Below, piece by piece: positions 46,756 to 56,156 of a DNA stretch of 64,000 nt. The stretch's first letter is position 1; each line of letters opens with the position of its first letter. Position numbers and translations under genes: made by a program. Origin of the DNA: Vicinamibacteria bacterium (lineage in GTDB: Bacteria; Acidobacteriota; Vicinamibacteria; Marinacidobacterales; Marinacidobacteraceae); assembly GCA_963422395.1 (NCBI GenBank), contig OY729431.1:2720001-2784000 (forward strand). The letters are read 5' to 3'. The notes under the pieces are model-generated. The model searched no databases. It worked only from the letters and a program-made list of their open reading frames with translations, and was not told where the DNA came from.

Positions 46756-47375
46756 GCGGCAGCGCCGACTCCGAGGTTCTCGAAAAACCACCGCAGCCGT
46801 TCGGGGTCCTTGATCCCGGGCGCGGACTCGATCCCGCTCGAAACATCCACCCCCCAAGGCTGGTGCGGGAGCAGGGATCCGATGTTCTCGGGGCGGAGCC
46901 CGCCGGCGATGAACGCCCGGGGAGGGGCTTTCTCGCCCAGGATGCGCCAATCGAAAGAGCGGCCGCTGCCGCCGCCCCCCACATCGAAGACCAGCGGGCC
47001 TTCCGGCTCCCGCGGAGCCACGAAACGAGGCAGCCGGGCGGCAGCCTCCGGAACGGGCACCACCCGGTGGACGATCAATCCCGCGGCTCGCAGGGCGTGG
47101 ACGCCGGAATCGGCCAGTCCGTGAGGCTGCACCCGCACCACCCCGAGCGCGGCGGCATCGGCGGCGACCTCGGCGCGGCGGCGGCGTCCGGTGGCCAGCA
47201 CCGGCCGCACTGCCGGATCCACCTCCCGGGCGGCGGCGATGACCCGGCGAGCTTCCTCGATCGTCGCCGACCGGGGCGAATCGGGCGCCCGCACGATCCC
47301 GATCCAGCGGGCTCCGAGGCTCACCGCGAGCCGGGCGTCCTCGGGGCGGCGAAGGCCGCAGATCTTGACTTCCAC
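46752..47375 (-). CDS. trpF: Phosphoribosylanthranilate isomerase
   Basis: VKICGL, SPR, GGSGRSFDW, AGGL.PEN, GVDVSSGIE..PGIKD. Confidence 0.95.
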   Translation of the reverse strand: MEVKICGLRRPEDARLAVSLGARWIGIVRAPDSPRSATIEEARRVIAAAREVDPAVRPVLATGRRRRAEVAADAAALGVVRVQPHGLADSGVHALRAAGLIVHRVVPVPEAAARLPRFVAPREPEGPLVFDVGGGGSGRSFDWRILGEKAPPRAFIAGGLRPENIGSLLPHQPWGVDVSSGIESAPGIKDPERLRWFFENLGVGAAA

Positions 47376-47384
47376 GCCCGGCTC

Positions 47385-48155
47385 TCAACCGCCCCCGGAG
47401 AGTCCAGCGGCGGTCCGCAGGAAGTGCGACGGATCGGCAGCCCGCAGGAGCGCCGTCCCGATCAGCACCGCGTCGGCGCGGCCGCGCACCTCCGAAAGGT
47501 GCCCCGGTTCGAGATAGCCGCTCTCCGCGACCACGATCCGGTCCCTGGGGATGTGTGGAAGAAGGTCGACCGCCCGGCGCCGGTCGGTGCGAAGGGTGTC
47601 GAGGTCCCGATTGTTGATCCCGAGGATCGCATCCTCGAGCCGGAGCGCCCGCTCGATCTCCGAATCGTCGTGAACCTCGATCAGCGGGTCGAGCCCCAGA
47701 CCGGCGGCTTCGGCGGAAAGCCCGCGCAGCTTCACGTCGCCGAGGCAGCGGGCGATGAGCAGAACCGCAGAGGCCCCGGCGGACCATCCAGCCCGGACCT
47801 GCGCCGGACTCACCACGAAATCCTTCATCAGGACGGGCAGGCCGGCGGCGCGGGAGGCACGAGTCAGATCCTCGAGGGAGCCCCCGAACCCGTACGGATC
47901 GGTCAGCACGGAAAGCGCAACCGCGCCGGCGTCCCGGTAAGCGAGAGCCCGGTCTCCCGGATCCGCTTCCGAAAGCGCCCCTGCGCTGGGGCTCCGACGC
48001 TTGAACTCGGCGATCACCGAGAGGGTCTTCCGGCCGCGGATCGCGTCCCGGAACGAAGGCGCCGGAACAGCGGGCGGCGGGAACGACCGGGACTCGAGGC
48101 GCGCCGCGCGCTGTTCCGCCTTGCCCACGAGTACGGGGAGCACGCCTCCGCTCAT
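47385..48155 (-). CDS. trpC: Indole-3-glycerol phosphate synthase
   Basis: VIAEFKRRSPSAG, SVLTD, LMKDF, GINNRDL, VAESG. Confidence 0.95.
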   Translation of the reverse strand: MSGGVLPVLVGKAEQRAARLESRSFPPPAVPAPSFRDAIRGRKTLSVIAEFKRRSPSAGALSEADPGDRALAYRDAGAVALSVLTDPYGFGGSLEDLTRASRAAGLPVLMKDFVVSPAQVRAGWSAGASAVLLIARCLGDVKLRGLSAEAAGLGLDPLIEVHDDSEIERALRLEDAILGINNRDLDTLRTDRRRAVDLLPHIPRDRIVVAESGYLEPGHLSEVRGRADAVLIGTALLRAADPSHFLRTAAGLSGGG

Positions 48156-48316
48156 GGCCGGCTATCCAGCCCGGATCGCTTCGCGACCCATCCACACCTT
48201 CCCCGCAGGAAGGGGGAATCCTCTCCCCGGCGCCCCATATCGGCATGCCTGCCGGCACCGATGTTCGCCGTACGCCGCGCCGCTTCCCGGCATTGCATGA
48301 CTTCTCCCACCGGGTG

Positions 48317-49336
48317 CTACCCGGTGATCCGCATACTCGTCTCGATGTAGCGGTCGAGCGACCGGAGCGCGCGTCCGGATTCGAGAATCTCACCGGCGGT
48401 CCGGATCCCGGAGTCGAGATCCCGAGCGAGCCCGGCCACGGTCAAGGCCGCGCCTGCGTTCGCCGCGACCACATCCCGCTTCGGACCTTCCGCCCCACCC
48501 GAGAGCACCGCCCTGAGGATCGCCGCATTTTCACTCGTGGCGCCGCCGGCGAGCTCAGAGATCGGAGCCGGTTGCAGGCCGAAATCCGAAGCGCGGATTT
48601 CTACCGGACTCACCTGGCCGCCGGCGAGGCGGTGCCCGCGGGTGGGAGCATGGAGGCCGATCTCATCGAGCCCGTCGCAATGCACGACCAGCGCGCCCGT
48701 CGAACCCAGTTCACCGAGCGCGGCGGCGACCGTCTCGGTGAGCGACGGGTCGTAAACGCCGATCAATTGGCGGTCGGCGAGTGCCGGGTTGGCGAGCGGA
48801 CCGAGAACATTGAACAGCGTGCGGATACCGAGCGCGCGCCGGGCCGGGCCCACATGGGCCATCGCCGGATGGAAGGCCGGAGCGAAGAGGAACACGAATC
48901 CGGTCGCGTCGAGGATCCGGGCGGCCTGAGCCGGCTCGAGGTGGAGCTGGGCACCGCAAGCCTCGAGCACATCGGCGCTGCCGGTGATCGAGGAGACGCT
49001 GCGGTTGCCGTGTTTGGCCACCGCACCGCCGGCTGCCGCGACCACGAGCGCCGTCGCCGTGGAGATGTTGAACGTGCCGCTGCGGTCTCCGCCGGTCCCG
49101 CAGGTATCCACCAGCGGACGAACCTGAGAGACGACTGCCTTCCGGTGGCTGCGCATGGCCCGGGCGCAGGCAGCGAGAGTCGGGGCATCGGGTTCGCTGA
49201 CCCGGAGGGCAACGAGCAGCCCGGCGGTCTGGGCCACATCGCTTTCTCCGGCGAGAATGCGGTGCAAGGCGGTTTCGAGCGCGCCGGAGTCCGCCGATTC
49301 GCCGGCGAGCAGAGTTTCGAGAAGCGGGGCGATCAA
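48317..49336 (-). CDS. trpD: Anthranilate phosphoribosyltransferase
   Basis: DTCGTGGD, FNIST, KHGNRSVSS, GPLANP, GLDE. Strong purine-rich RBS. Confidence 0.96.
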   Translation of the reverse strand: MIAPLLETLLAGESADSGALETALHRILAGESDVAQTAGLLVALRVSEPDAPTLAACARAMRSHRKAVVSQVRPLVDTCGTGGDRSGTFNISTATALVVAAAGGAVAKHGNRSVSSITGSADVLEACGAQLHLEPAQAARILDATGFVFLFAPAFHPAMAHVGPARRALGIRTLFNVLGPLANPALADRQLIGVYDPSLTETVAAALGELGSTGALVVHCDGLDEIGLHAPTRGHRLAGGQVSPVEIRASDFGLQPAPISELAGGATSENAAILRAVLSGGAEGPKRDVVAANAGAALTVAGLARDLDSGIRTAGEILESGRALRSLDRYIETSMRITG

Positions 49337-49573
49337 GAGCCTTCTCCTTCCTGATAGAGGGAACGGCGGTTCGACGGATCAACAGTCTGTGGAGGAGGTA
49401 GCGCGAGCTCAGCGAGCGGTCCGGTTTCTCCCGGTGGAGGCGCGCGGCGGACGAGGCGCGATTCGGGAACCGTCGGCACCCCGCGGCGCCGCGCGCTCTT
49501 CACGAGGAACAAGGAATGGCTCCGGAGGCGCCCCGGAAACGAGCCGCCTCCCGCCGGGAATCGGGGAATGACT

Positions 49574-49681
49574 TCAGGGAAGGACGGGCGAGTCGGAACT
49601 TGCTGCGCGAGACGAGCCTGGCCTGCTTCGAAATCGCCATCGCCAGAACGAGTGCCCAGGGCGCGGGGACTCGCAACGCAT
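49574..49681 (-). promoter_or_regulatory. Candidate trp leader peptide (35 aa, contains W-R-W)
   Basis: MRCESPRPGHSFWRWRFRS... starts 15 nt after a TACAAT -10-like box and lies upstream of trpD on the same strand. Confidence 0.4.
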
Positions 49682-50090
49682 CGTGATCAGCAGGGCATTG
49701 TACCCGCGCCGCTTCAACAGCCCGGGAAGGCGCCCTAGCAGCCTGCGCCGCAGAAACGGGGCGGGCCATATGGTGGTGGCGACGAGCGGACGGTCGGGCT
49801 GCTCGAGAGTTCGGACCGGGGGGCGACACGGTTGCTTGGCATATAACTCATTGTATATCATACACTTACGGAATCCCGAGGCACCGGACGATCTGCGAGG
49901 TGCAATCGGCGTTCGTCGACTCGCGGCTGAACAACCTACCGCAAGGTCACAGCTAACACCCATTCGGCTTGTTACCATCCGGGGCCTTCGCAAGCTCCGG
50001 GCCTCTCGGATCTGGATTTCGGCACGCCCCGTCAGTCCTCGCAGGGTGTTTCCAGAGTTCGCCAGCCGGGCCCCGAAGCGAAACTGCCTG

Positions 50091-51707
50091 ATGGATTCGC
50101 CTCTCCGGTTCTCCGGGTCGCAGGTCCAGCGCGCCCGCCCCTCGAACCGGCGATGGTGGGCGGGCGGACCGATACTCGCGTCGGCGTTCGCCGCCTGCGG
50201 CCTCCCCGAGCCGCTGCCGGACGATCGCGGCCTCGAAGTCTCGGGAGGAGTCGTGGAGCTCGACATCGCCGGAATCCACGCCGGGCTCGCGAGCGGAGCC
50301 TTCACCTGCCTGGAATTGGTCGAGGCATACCTGGCGCGGATCGAGGCATACGACCGACAAGGGCCGGCACTCCACGCGATCGTGACCGTGAATCCGAAGG
50401 CGGCGGCGCGCGCCCGGGAAGCCGATGCGCGCATCGACAGCGCGGGGCTGACTTCGCCGCGGCCGCTCGAATGCGTACCCATGATCGTGAAGGACAACTA
50501 CGACACCGCAGACCTGCCAACGACCGCCGGGTCGGGCTCCCTCCGCGATTCCATGCCGCCTGACGATGCGTTCCAGGTCCGGAAAATCCGCGAAGCGGGA
50601 GCGATCGTACTGGCCAAAGCGAACATGGCGGAGTTCGCCTTCAGTCCGTACGAAACACTCGGCTCGATCGTCCCGGGACACACCAGGAACCCCTATGACC
50701 CGTACCGGGTACCTGCCGGATCCTCGGGCGGCACCGCCGCGGCGGTGGCGGCCAGTTTCGGCGCCGTCGGACTCGGCACCGACACCGGCAACTCGATCCG
50801 GGGGCCGTCGTCCCACACCGCGCTCTTCGGGATCCGGTCCACGATGGGGCTCACCAGCCGTGACGGGATCGTTCCCCTGAATCTCTTCCGGGACATCGGT
50901 GGACCGATGGCCCGCACCGTGGAAGACGCCGTTCGGGTCTTCGATGTGATCGCCGGCCCGGACCCGGCGGATACCGCGACCCTGGGCACCGCCCGCGAAT
51001 CCGGATATCTCGCGTATCTGGACGATGCCCCGCTCCCCGAGTTTCGAATCGGCGTCGTCCGCCAGCTCGTGGACCCTCAGGACACCGAAGGCGAAATCGG
51101 GGGGCTCTTCGATGCCGCCGTCGCCGATCTCGAGGCGCTGGGGGCACAGATCGTGGATCCGGTCGCCATCGAGGGCCTCGAACTCGAGGGATCGCTGTGG
51201 TGCAACCCGTTCCGCAGCCAGCTGGACGCCTACCTCGAATCCCTCGGCCTTGACGCTCCGGTCGAATCCCTCGCAGCAATCGTCGAAAGCGGCGACTTCC
51301 ACCCCTCGATCGCCGGCAGGCTCGAAACCGCCCTGGAAGTCGAAGGCTCTCCCGAAGAGGAATGCGCGGCGGCGAACCGGAGGGCTCGCGCGCTGCGGGA
51401 GGAAGTCCGCGGCCTCTACCGGGAACTCGAGCTGGACGCCCTCGTCTATCCGACCTGGACCCATCCCCCCCGGCTGCTCGGAGACCTGACTTCTCCCGAC
51501 GGAAACAACTCCCACCGGCTGTCGCCTCCCACGGGACTGCCGGCCGTCACCGTCCCCATGGGTTTCGACGGAGCAGGGCTTCCCGCCGGCCTCCAGCTCC
51601 TCGGCGACGCATTCCGCGAGGGAACGCTGTTCCGGATTTCCTACGCTTACGAACAGCGGACCAGGCATCGACAGGCTCCGTCAGGGACGCCCGAGCTGCC
51701 GCGCTGA
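50091..51707 (+). CDS. Amidase signature family protein, probable lipoprotein
   Basis: VKDN (catalytic Lys), GSSGG, GTDTGNSIR. Start uncertain. Confidence 0.9.
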   Translation: MDSPLRFSGSQVQRARPSNRRWWAGGPILASAFAACGLPEPLPDDRGLEVSGGVVELDIAGIHAGLASGAFTCLELVEAYLARIEAYDRQGPALHAIVTVNPKAAARAREADARIDSAGLTSPRPLECVPMIVKDNYDTADLPTTAGSGSLRDSMPPDDAFQVRKIREAGAIVLAKANMAEFAFSPYETLGSIVPGHTRNPYDPYRVPAGSSGGTAAAVAASFGAVGLGTDTGNSIRGPSSHTALFGIRSTMGLTSRDGIVPLNLFRDIGGPMARTVEDAVRVFDVIAGPDPADTATLGTARESGYLAYLDDAPLPEFRIGVVRQLVDPQDTEGEIGGLFDAAVADLEALGAQIVDPVAIEGLELEGSLWCNPFRSQLDAYLESLGLDAPVESLAAIVESGDFHPSIAGRLETALEVEGSPEEECAAANRRARALREEVRGLYRELELDALVYPTWTHPPRLLGDLTSPDGNNSHRLSPPTGLPAVTVPMGFDGAGLPAGLQLLGDAFREGTLFRISYAYEQRTRHRQAPSGTPELPR

Positions 51708-51745
51708 CCATCGTCTAGACTCCCGCGCTGGTTTTTCCATCCGTC

Positions 51746-52096
51746 GTGCCCATCTACGAATACCGTTGCCGCGATTGCGAACGAGTGTTCGAGGCGCTCC
51801 AGCGCGTCGCCGAAGATCCGCTCGAAACCTGCCGCCACTGCGGCGGCTCCGCGAAGCGGATCGTCTCCAGCCCCGCGATCCATTTCGTGGGGAGCGGTTG
51901 GTATGTGAACGACTATGCGAAGAAGGGAGCCCAGTCGGAGGGCTCCGAAAAGGACGGGTCCGCCCCGCGGCAGACCCCGAGCAGCGAATCCGAAACGAAG
52001 CGCGACGCCGGGAAGACCACCGACAGCGGCAAGGCAGCGGCGGACGCCGCCAAGCCCTCCGCGGCCGGTGATGCACGGGCCAGATCTCCGTCCTGA
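51746..52096 (+). CDS. FmdB family zinc-ribbon protein
   Basis: MPIYEYRCRDC...CRHCG...F.GSGWYVNDY with low-complexity tail. Confidence 0.92.
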   Translation: MPIYEYRCRDCERVFEALQRVAEDPLETCRHCGGSAKRIVSSPAIHFVGSGWYVNDYAKKGAQSEGSEKDGSAPRQTPSSESETKRDAGKTTDSGKAAADAAKPSAAGDARARSPS

Positions 52097-52109
52097 CCGA
52101 AGGTTCTGC

Positions 52110-53186
52110 ATGCCCGGCATCCGGGCGGCGGGGGCTCTCCGTCGGAGTCCGCTCCTCCCAGCCTTTCTCCCGGTCCTCCTCTTCCTCCCGGCCGGAAAGG
52201 CCGCCGGACAGCCCGATCAGAACGCCGCCGCGCAGCAGTGCGAAGCGTCCGTCCAGGCTTCCGACTGGGACGAAGCCGTCACCCGATGCGAAGCGGCGAT
52301 CCGCGCGAATCCAGATTCGTTCGGCATCCACTACTTCCTGGGCTTCGCCCATGAGGGGCGCAGCTCCTGGGCTGCTTCCGCAGCGGCTTTCGAGGCCTTC
52401 CTCGCCGCTGCGGAAGCCAGCGCCGACGGGAGATCGCGGATGGGCACGGAAATCGCCTTCGCGGCGCGGAGCGCCGGCATCGCGCACTTTCGGGCCGGGA
52501 ACCGAGAACGCGCCCTGCCGCTTCTGCAGCGGGCCGCGGCGGCCGATCCCGAGGATCCCGAAGTGTCGTTCTGGCTGGGCATGAACCTCTTGGACGAAGG
52601 CGATCCGAACGGGGCCGAAGCCGCTCTTTCCGTGGTGGTCCGGGAGGCGCCGCACATCGCGCAAGCTCACTTCTTCCTCGCCCGCATCCGCTTCGACGCC
52701 GAGGACTACTCCGAGGCGCGCACCCGGCTCGCCGCCTACCTCGCCGCCGACCCGGAGGGGCCGTTTCGGACCGAAGCGCACTGGATGGCCGGCTCCATCG
52801 CCCTGCGGACTTCCGGGGCTGAAGAAGAGGAGACCGCAATCCGGGAAGAAGCGATGAGCCACTTCGCCGCCCTCCTCGAAGCCGAGCCCGACGGTCCTCG
52901 AGCCGCGGTCGCCCACTACTTCCTCGGGACCGTCGCAGCGGACCGCGAGGAATGCGAGACCGCACGCCTCCACTACGAACGGTTTCTCGAGATCGCGCCG
53001 AACCACGAGCGGGCGCGAGCCGTGGAGTCGTACCTCGAAGGAGGTCTCGACGACTGCCGCATTCGGGGGGAATCGCGCTTTCGCGGCTGTGCTAGTTTCC
53101 GCACTCCGTCCGCGCCGCGGTGGCGAACCGCGCGCATCCGCACCCCGGAGCATCCGGCCGCCCGGCAAGGAGACCCGTTGCCATGA
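52110..53186 (+). CDS. Secreted TPR protein, paralogue 1
   Basis: Signal peptide, TPR repeats, C-x8-W-x6-C motif. Confidence 0.82.
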   Translation: MPGIRAAGALRRSPLLPAFLPVLLFLPAGKAAGQPDQNAAAQQCEASVQASDWDEAVTRCEAAIRANPDSFGIHYFLGFAHEGRSSWAASAAAFEAFLAAAEASADGRSRMGTEIAFAARSAGIAHFRAGNRERALPLLQRAAAADPEDPEVSFWLGMNLLDEGDPNGAEAALSVVVREAPHIAQAHFFLARIRFDAEDYSEARTRLAAYLAADPEGPFRTEAHWMAGSIALRTSGAEEEETAIREEAMSHFAALLEAEPDGPRAAVAHYFLGTVAADREECETARLHYERFLEIAPNHERARAVESYLEGGLDDCRIRGESRFRGCASFRTPSAPRWRTARIRTPEHPAARQGDPLP

Positions 53187-54232
53187 AGACCCGATTCCTC
53201 ACTCCGCTGATATTGGCCGGTGCCGCTCTCTTCGCCGGTCGAGCCGCGGCGGCTCAGGATGTGGATCCGCAGGCCGCGCTCGCCTGCAGCCAGGCAGTGG
53301 ACGGCCAGGATTGGGACCAGGTGATGAGCGCTTGCCCGGCGGTCCTCGCCCAACTACCCGAGGACCACCCGTACTATGCGAGCTGGACCCAATCGGTGAA
53401 CTACGCCTACGGGCTCGCATGCCCCGGAGCCGGCGAGGCGGAGCAGTGGGACCAGGTGATCGCGACTTGCGAACCGGCGCTGCAGGCCAACGAAGACGCT
53501 TTCATCTTCAATTACTTCCTGGGCCGTGCCTATGCCGCCAAGCAGGATTGGACGCGCGCGGCGGTCAACTTCTCTTCGTTCCTGAATGGGGTACAGGGGA
53601 ATTCCGAAGCTGCTGCCCAGCTGTCGGACCAGGTGGCCTTCGCCCAGCGGGTCGGCGGCATCGCCTACGCCCGCGCGAACGCTGTCCAGGATGCCATTCC
53701 GCTCCTGCAAGCGGCCGCAGCGGCCGACCCGAAGGATGTCGAAGTGCAGTTCCGCCTCGGGCGCGCACTCCTGGCAACCGGTGAGGAAGCAGGCGCCGAA
53801 CGGGCGCTCTCGGCCTATATCGAGGAAGCTCCCAACCCGGCCCCCGGAATCGTGTTCCTGGCCGGCCAACTCAGCTACAACGCCGGCGACTACGCCAAGG
53901 CCGACGAACGGCTGAGCGCTTTCCTCGCCGCCGAACCGAACGGCAGGGGCGCCCCGGAAGCCCATTACATGCTGGCGCTAGCCCTCCAGGGTTCCGATGA
54001 AGATCGCGCCATCACCCACTATCAGGGTTTTCTCGGCGGTGTGGGCCCGGAGGATCCCCGGGTACCGGACGCGAGCTTCGCGCTGGGAACGATCTTCTTC
54101 AACAAGGACGATTGTTCGAGCGCCGAGCCGCACTACAACCGCTTCCTGGAACTCGCGCCGGACCACCAGAACGCGGCCCAGGTGACGGAGATCCTGGCGG
54201 CGATCGCGGAGAGCGGCTGTCAGGGCAACTGA
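53183..54232 (+). CDS. Secreted TPR protein, paralogue 2
   Basis: AAGGAG RBS, signal peptide, two C-x8-W-x6-C motifs, TPR repeats. Confidence 0.85.
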   Translation: MKTRFLTPLILAGAALFAGRAAAAQDVDPQAALACSQAVDGQDWDQVMSACPAVLAQLPEDHPYYASWTQSVNYAYGLACPGAGEAEQWDQVIATCEPALQANEDAFIFNYFLGRAYAAKQDWTRAAVNFSSFLNGVQGNSEAAAQLSDQVAFAQRVGGIAYARANAVQDAIPLLQAAAAADPKDVEVQFRLGRALLATGEEAGAERALSAYIEEAPNPAPGIVFLAGQLSYNAGDYAKADERLSAFLAAEPNGRGAPEAHYMLALALQGSDEDRAITHYQGFLGGVGPEDPRVPDASFALGTIFFNKDDCSSAEPHYNRFLELAPDHQNAAQVTEILAAIAESGCQGN

Positions 54233-54502
54233 CACCCTCCGTTCCCGGAAGACCCTTCCCGCGGGTCCGCCGGAGATCCGGCACTTTCCAGAATCTCCCA
54301 TCGCAATTGCCCAGCCGGCTCCTCTGGGGGGAGCACTTGCCCACCTCGATTTCGGGCGGCGGGGCGCGGGCATCGGCGGCTCTGGCCAGCCGCTTTCCCG
54401 TTATGCTAGGCTGTTTCGTTCCACCAGTGGGGACTGGGTCCGACGGAGCGCGCCGAGCCGCAGCCGCGGGTGGTCCCCAACCCCACCGAGGAGAGTTCTC
54501 CC

Positions 54503-55606
54503 ATGCCAGCGCTGATCTTCCCTGGAGTCGTTCTCGTGCTTGCCGCGACGGCAAGCGGATTCGCGTTCGAAGCCCGTTCACCAGCAGGACTGCCGCACCC
54601 CGGGCTGCTCCTCGCCCAGGAGCAGGACGAAGCCTGCGAGGCGGCCATCGAAAGCCAAGTCTGGGAGGATGTCGTCGAGTTCTGTGAACCGCTGCTCCTC
54701 GACGAGAGTCATCCGGACTGGGATTTCTTCAAGGAGAACGTGGACTACGCCCACCAGACCATCGCCTACGCCCTCCAGACGCAGTGCGTGGAGTCGGCAC
54801 AGGCTTCGGATTGGGACACCACCCTCAGCGCCTGCCCGCCGACGGTCGACGCCTTCCCCGATTTCCTCGCCGGCCATCTGTTCCTCGGTTTCGCCCACCA
54901 GGCGAAGGGGGATGCGGAACTGGCCACCGGCTCCTTCGAGAACTTCCTCGCCGCCGCCGATGCGAATCCGGAGATGGCGGCACAGCTCGGGGAACAGATC
55001 GCCCTCGCCCAGAAGAATGTCGCGATCAGCTATCTGGCCGCCGGAAAACGGGTGGAGGCCATTCCGCTCCTCCGTGAAGTCGCGGCCAAAGATCCGACGG
55101 ATGCCGAAAGCTCCTTTCGACTCGGCTTCGCCCTCCTCCAGGAGAAAGATACCGAGGGGGCCGAAGAGGCGTTCTCCACCGTCATCGCCCTGGATCCGGA
55201 CATCCCCCAGCTTCCGCAGGTTCTCCACCTCGCCGGCCAGCTCAATTTCAACGCCGGGGACTACGCGAAGGCCGATGAACGGCTCAGCCGGTATCTGGAG
55301 CTGGAACCGGACGGCGAGCGCGCCGCCGACAGCCATTACATGCTGGGTTTCATCGCCGGCCGCGACGAAGATCAAAGCCGCATGGTGGGCCATTACCGGA
55401 GCGCCGTCGAGGGTGCCCCCGATGATCCCCGGGCGAAGGAAGCGAACTATTCGCTGGGAGTGATCACCTTCAACCGCAACCAGTGCAACTCCGCGCAGCG
55501 CTACTTCACGCGGTTCCTGCGGCTTGCGGGCAACGACTCGCGGCGGGCCGATGTGGAAGACATGCTCCTCGACATCGAGGACGGCCTCTGCGAGCCGGCT
55601 GCCTGA
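54503..55606 (+). CDS. Secreted TPR protein, paralogue 3
   Basis: GAGGAG RBS, signal peptide, two C-x8-W-x6-C motifs. Shares LAGQL.(Y/F)NAGDYAKADERLS with paralogue 2. Confidence 0.85.
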   Translation: MPALIFPGVVLVLAATASGFAFEARSPAGLPHPGLLLAQEQDEACEAAIESQVWEDVVEFCEPLLLDESHPDWDFFKENVDYAHQTIAYALQTQCVESAQASDWDTTLSACPPTVDAFPDFLAGHLFLGFAHQAKGDAELATGSFENFLAAADANPEMAAQLGEQIALAQKNVAISYLAAGKRVEAIPLLREVAAKDPTDAESSFRLGFALLQEKDTEGAEEAFSTVIALDPDIPQLPQVLHLAGQLNFNAGDYAKADERLSRYLELEPDGERAADSHYMLGFIAGRDEDQSRMVGHYRSAVEGAPDDPRAKEANYSLGVITFNRNQCNSAQRYFTRFLRLAGNDSRRADVEDMLLDIEDGLCEPAA

Positions 55607-55669
55607 TTCGGAGAGCCTGAACCCGAAGGAGAGCGCCGCCGGAGCAGCCGGCGGCGCCCACCGCATCTC

Positions 55670-56140
55670 TCAGTGCCGGGGCCGCGCACTCCTCGCCGGC
55701 TGCCGCAGGTACCGCGGCAGGAGAGGTGGATCCATCAGGGCGATCCGTTGCCGTTCCACCACCCAGATCCGAGCCAGCAGCAGGTTCAGGTACCGCAGCT
55801 CCTCGAGCGAATAGCGGATTTCGCTCTGCTCGTAGCGGTGTAACCAATGCCCGGGGAGCTCCTTCGCGACTTCGAACCAGATCTGATCCACGGCAGCGGT
55901 AGCCCGGCGGGCCGCTTCGACGGTGTGGGCCACCAGATGCAGCACCGAATCCGGTTCCAGCAACCGGCTCGAGGCCGCCAGCGAACGCACGCCGCGAAGG
56001 AGATACACGAGGCACCAGCGCACTTCGGGGGTCAGCGACTGCGGATCCGCGAGCATTCGGGGAGCGAGCGATGCTGCGGCCCCTGCCGCATCGTCGAGCA
56101 GGAGCCGGTAGAGCTCGGCGCGCAGGACTTCTCGTGCCAT
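55670..56140 (-). CDS. Hypothetical helical protein
   Basis: ATG 17 nt after the stop of the upstream gene on the same strand, protein-like composition, no recognised motif. Confidence 0.6.
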   Translation of the reverse strand: MAREVLRAELYRLLLDDAAGAAASLAPRMLADPQSLTPEVRWCLVYLLRGVRSLAASSRLLEPDSVLHLVAHTVEAARRATAAVDQIWFEVAKELPGHWLHRYEQSEIRYSLEELRYLNLLLARIWVVERQRIALMDPPLLPRYLRQPARSARPRH

Positions 56141-56156
56141 CGCACAGACTCGGGAT

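Noticed and set aside
45544-48393. Apparent 949-aa TrpB fusion
   Set aside because: The upstream part is an off-frame overlap of trpC/trpF. TrpB starts at ATG 46755.
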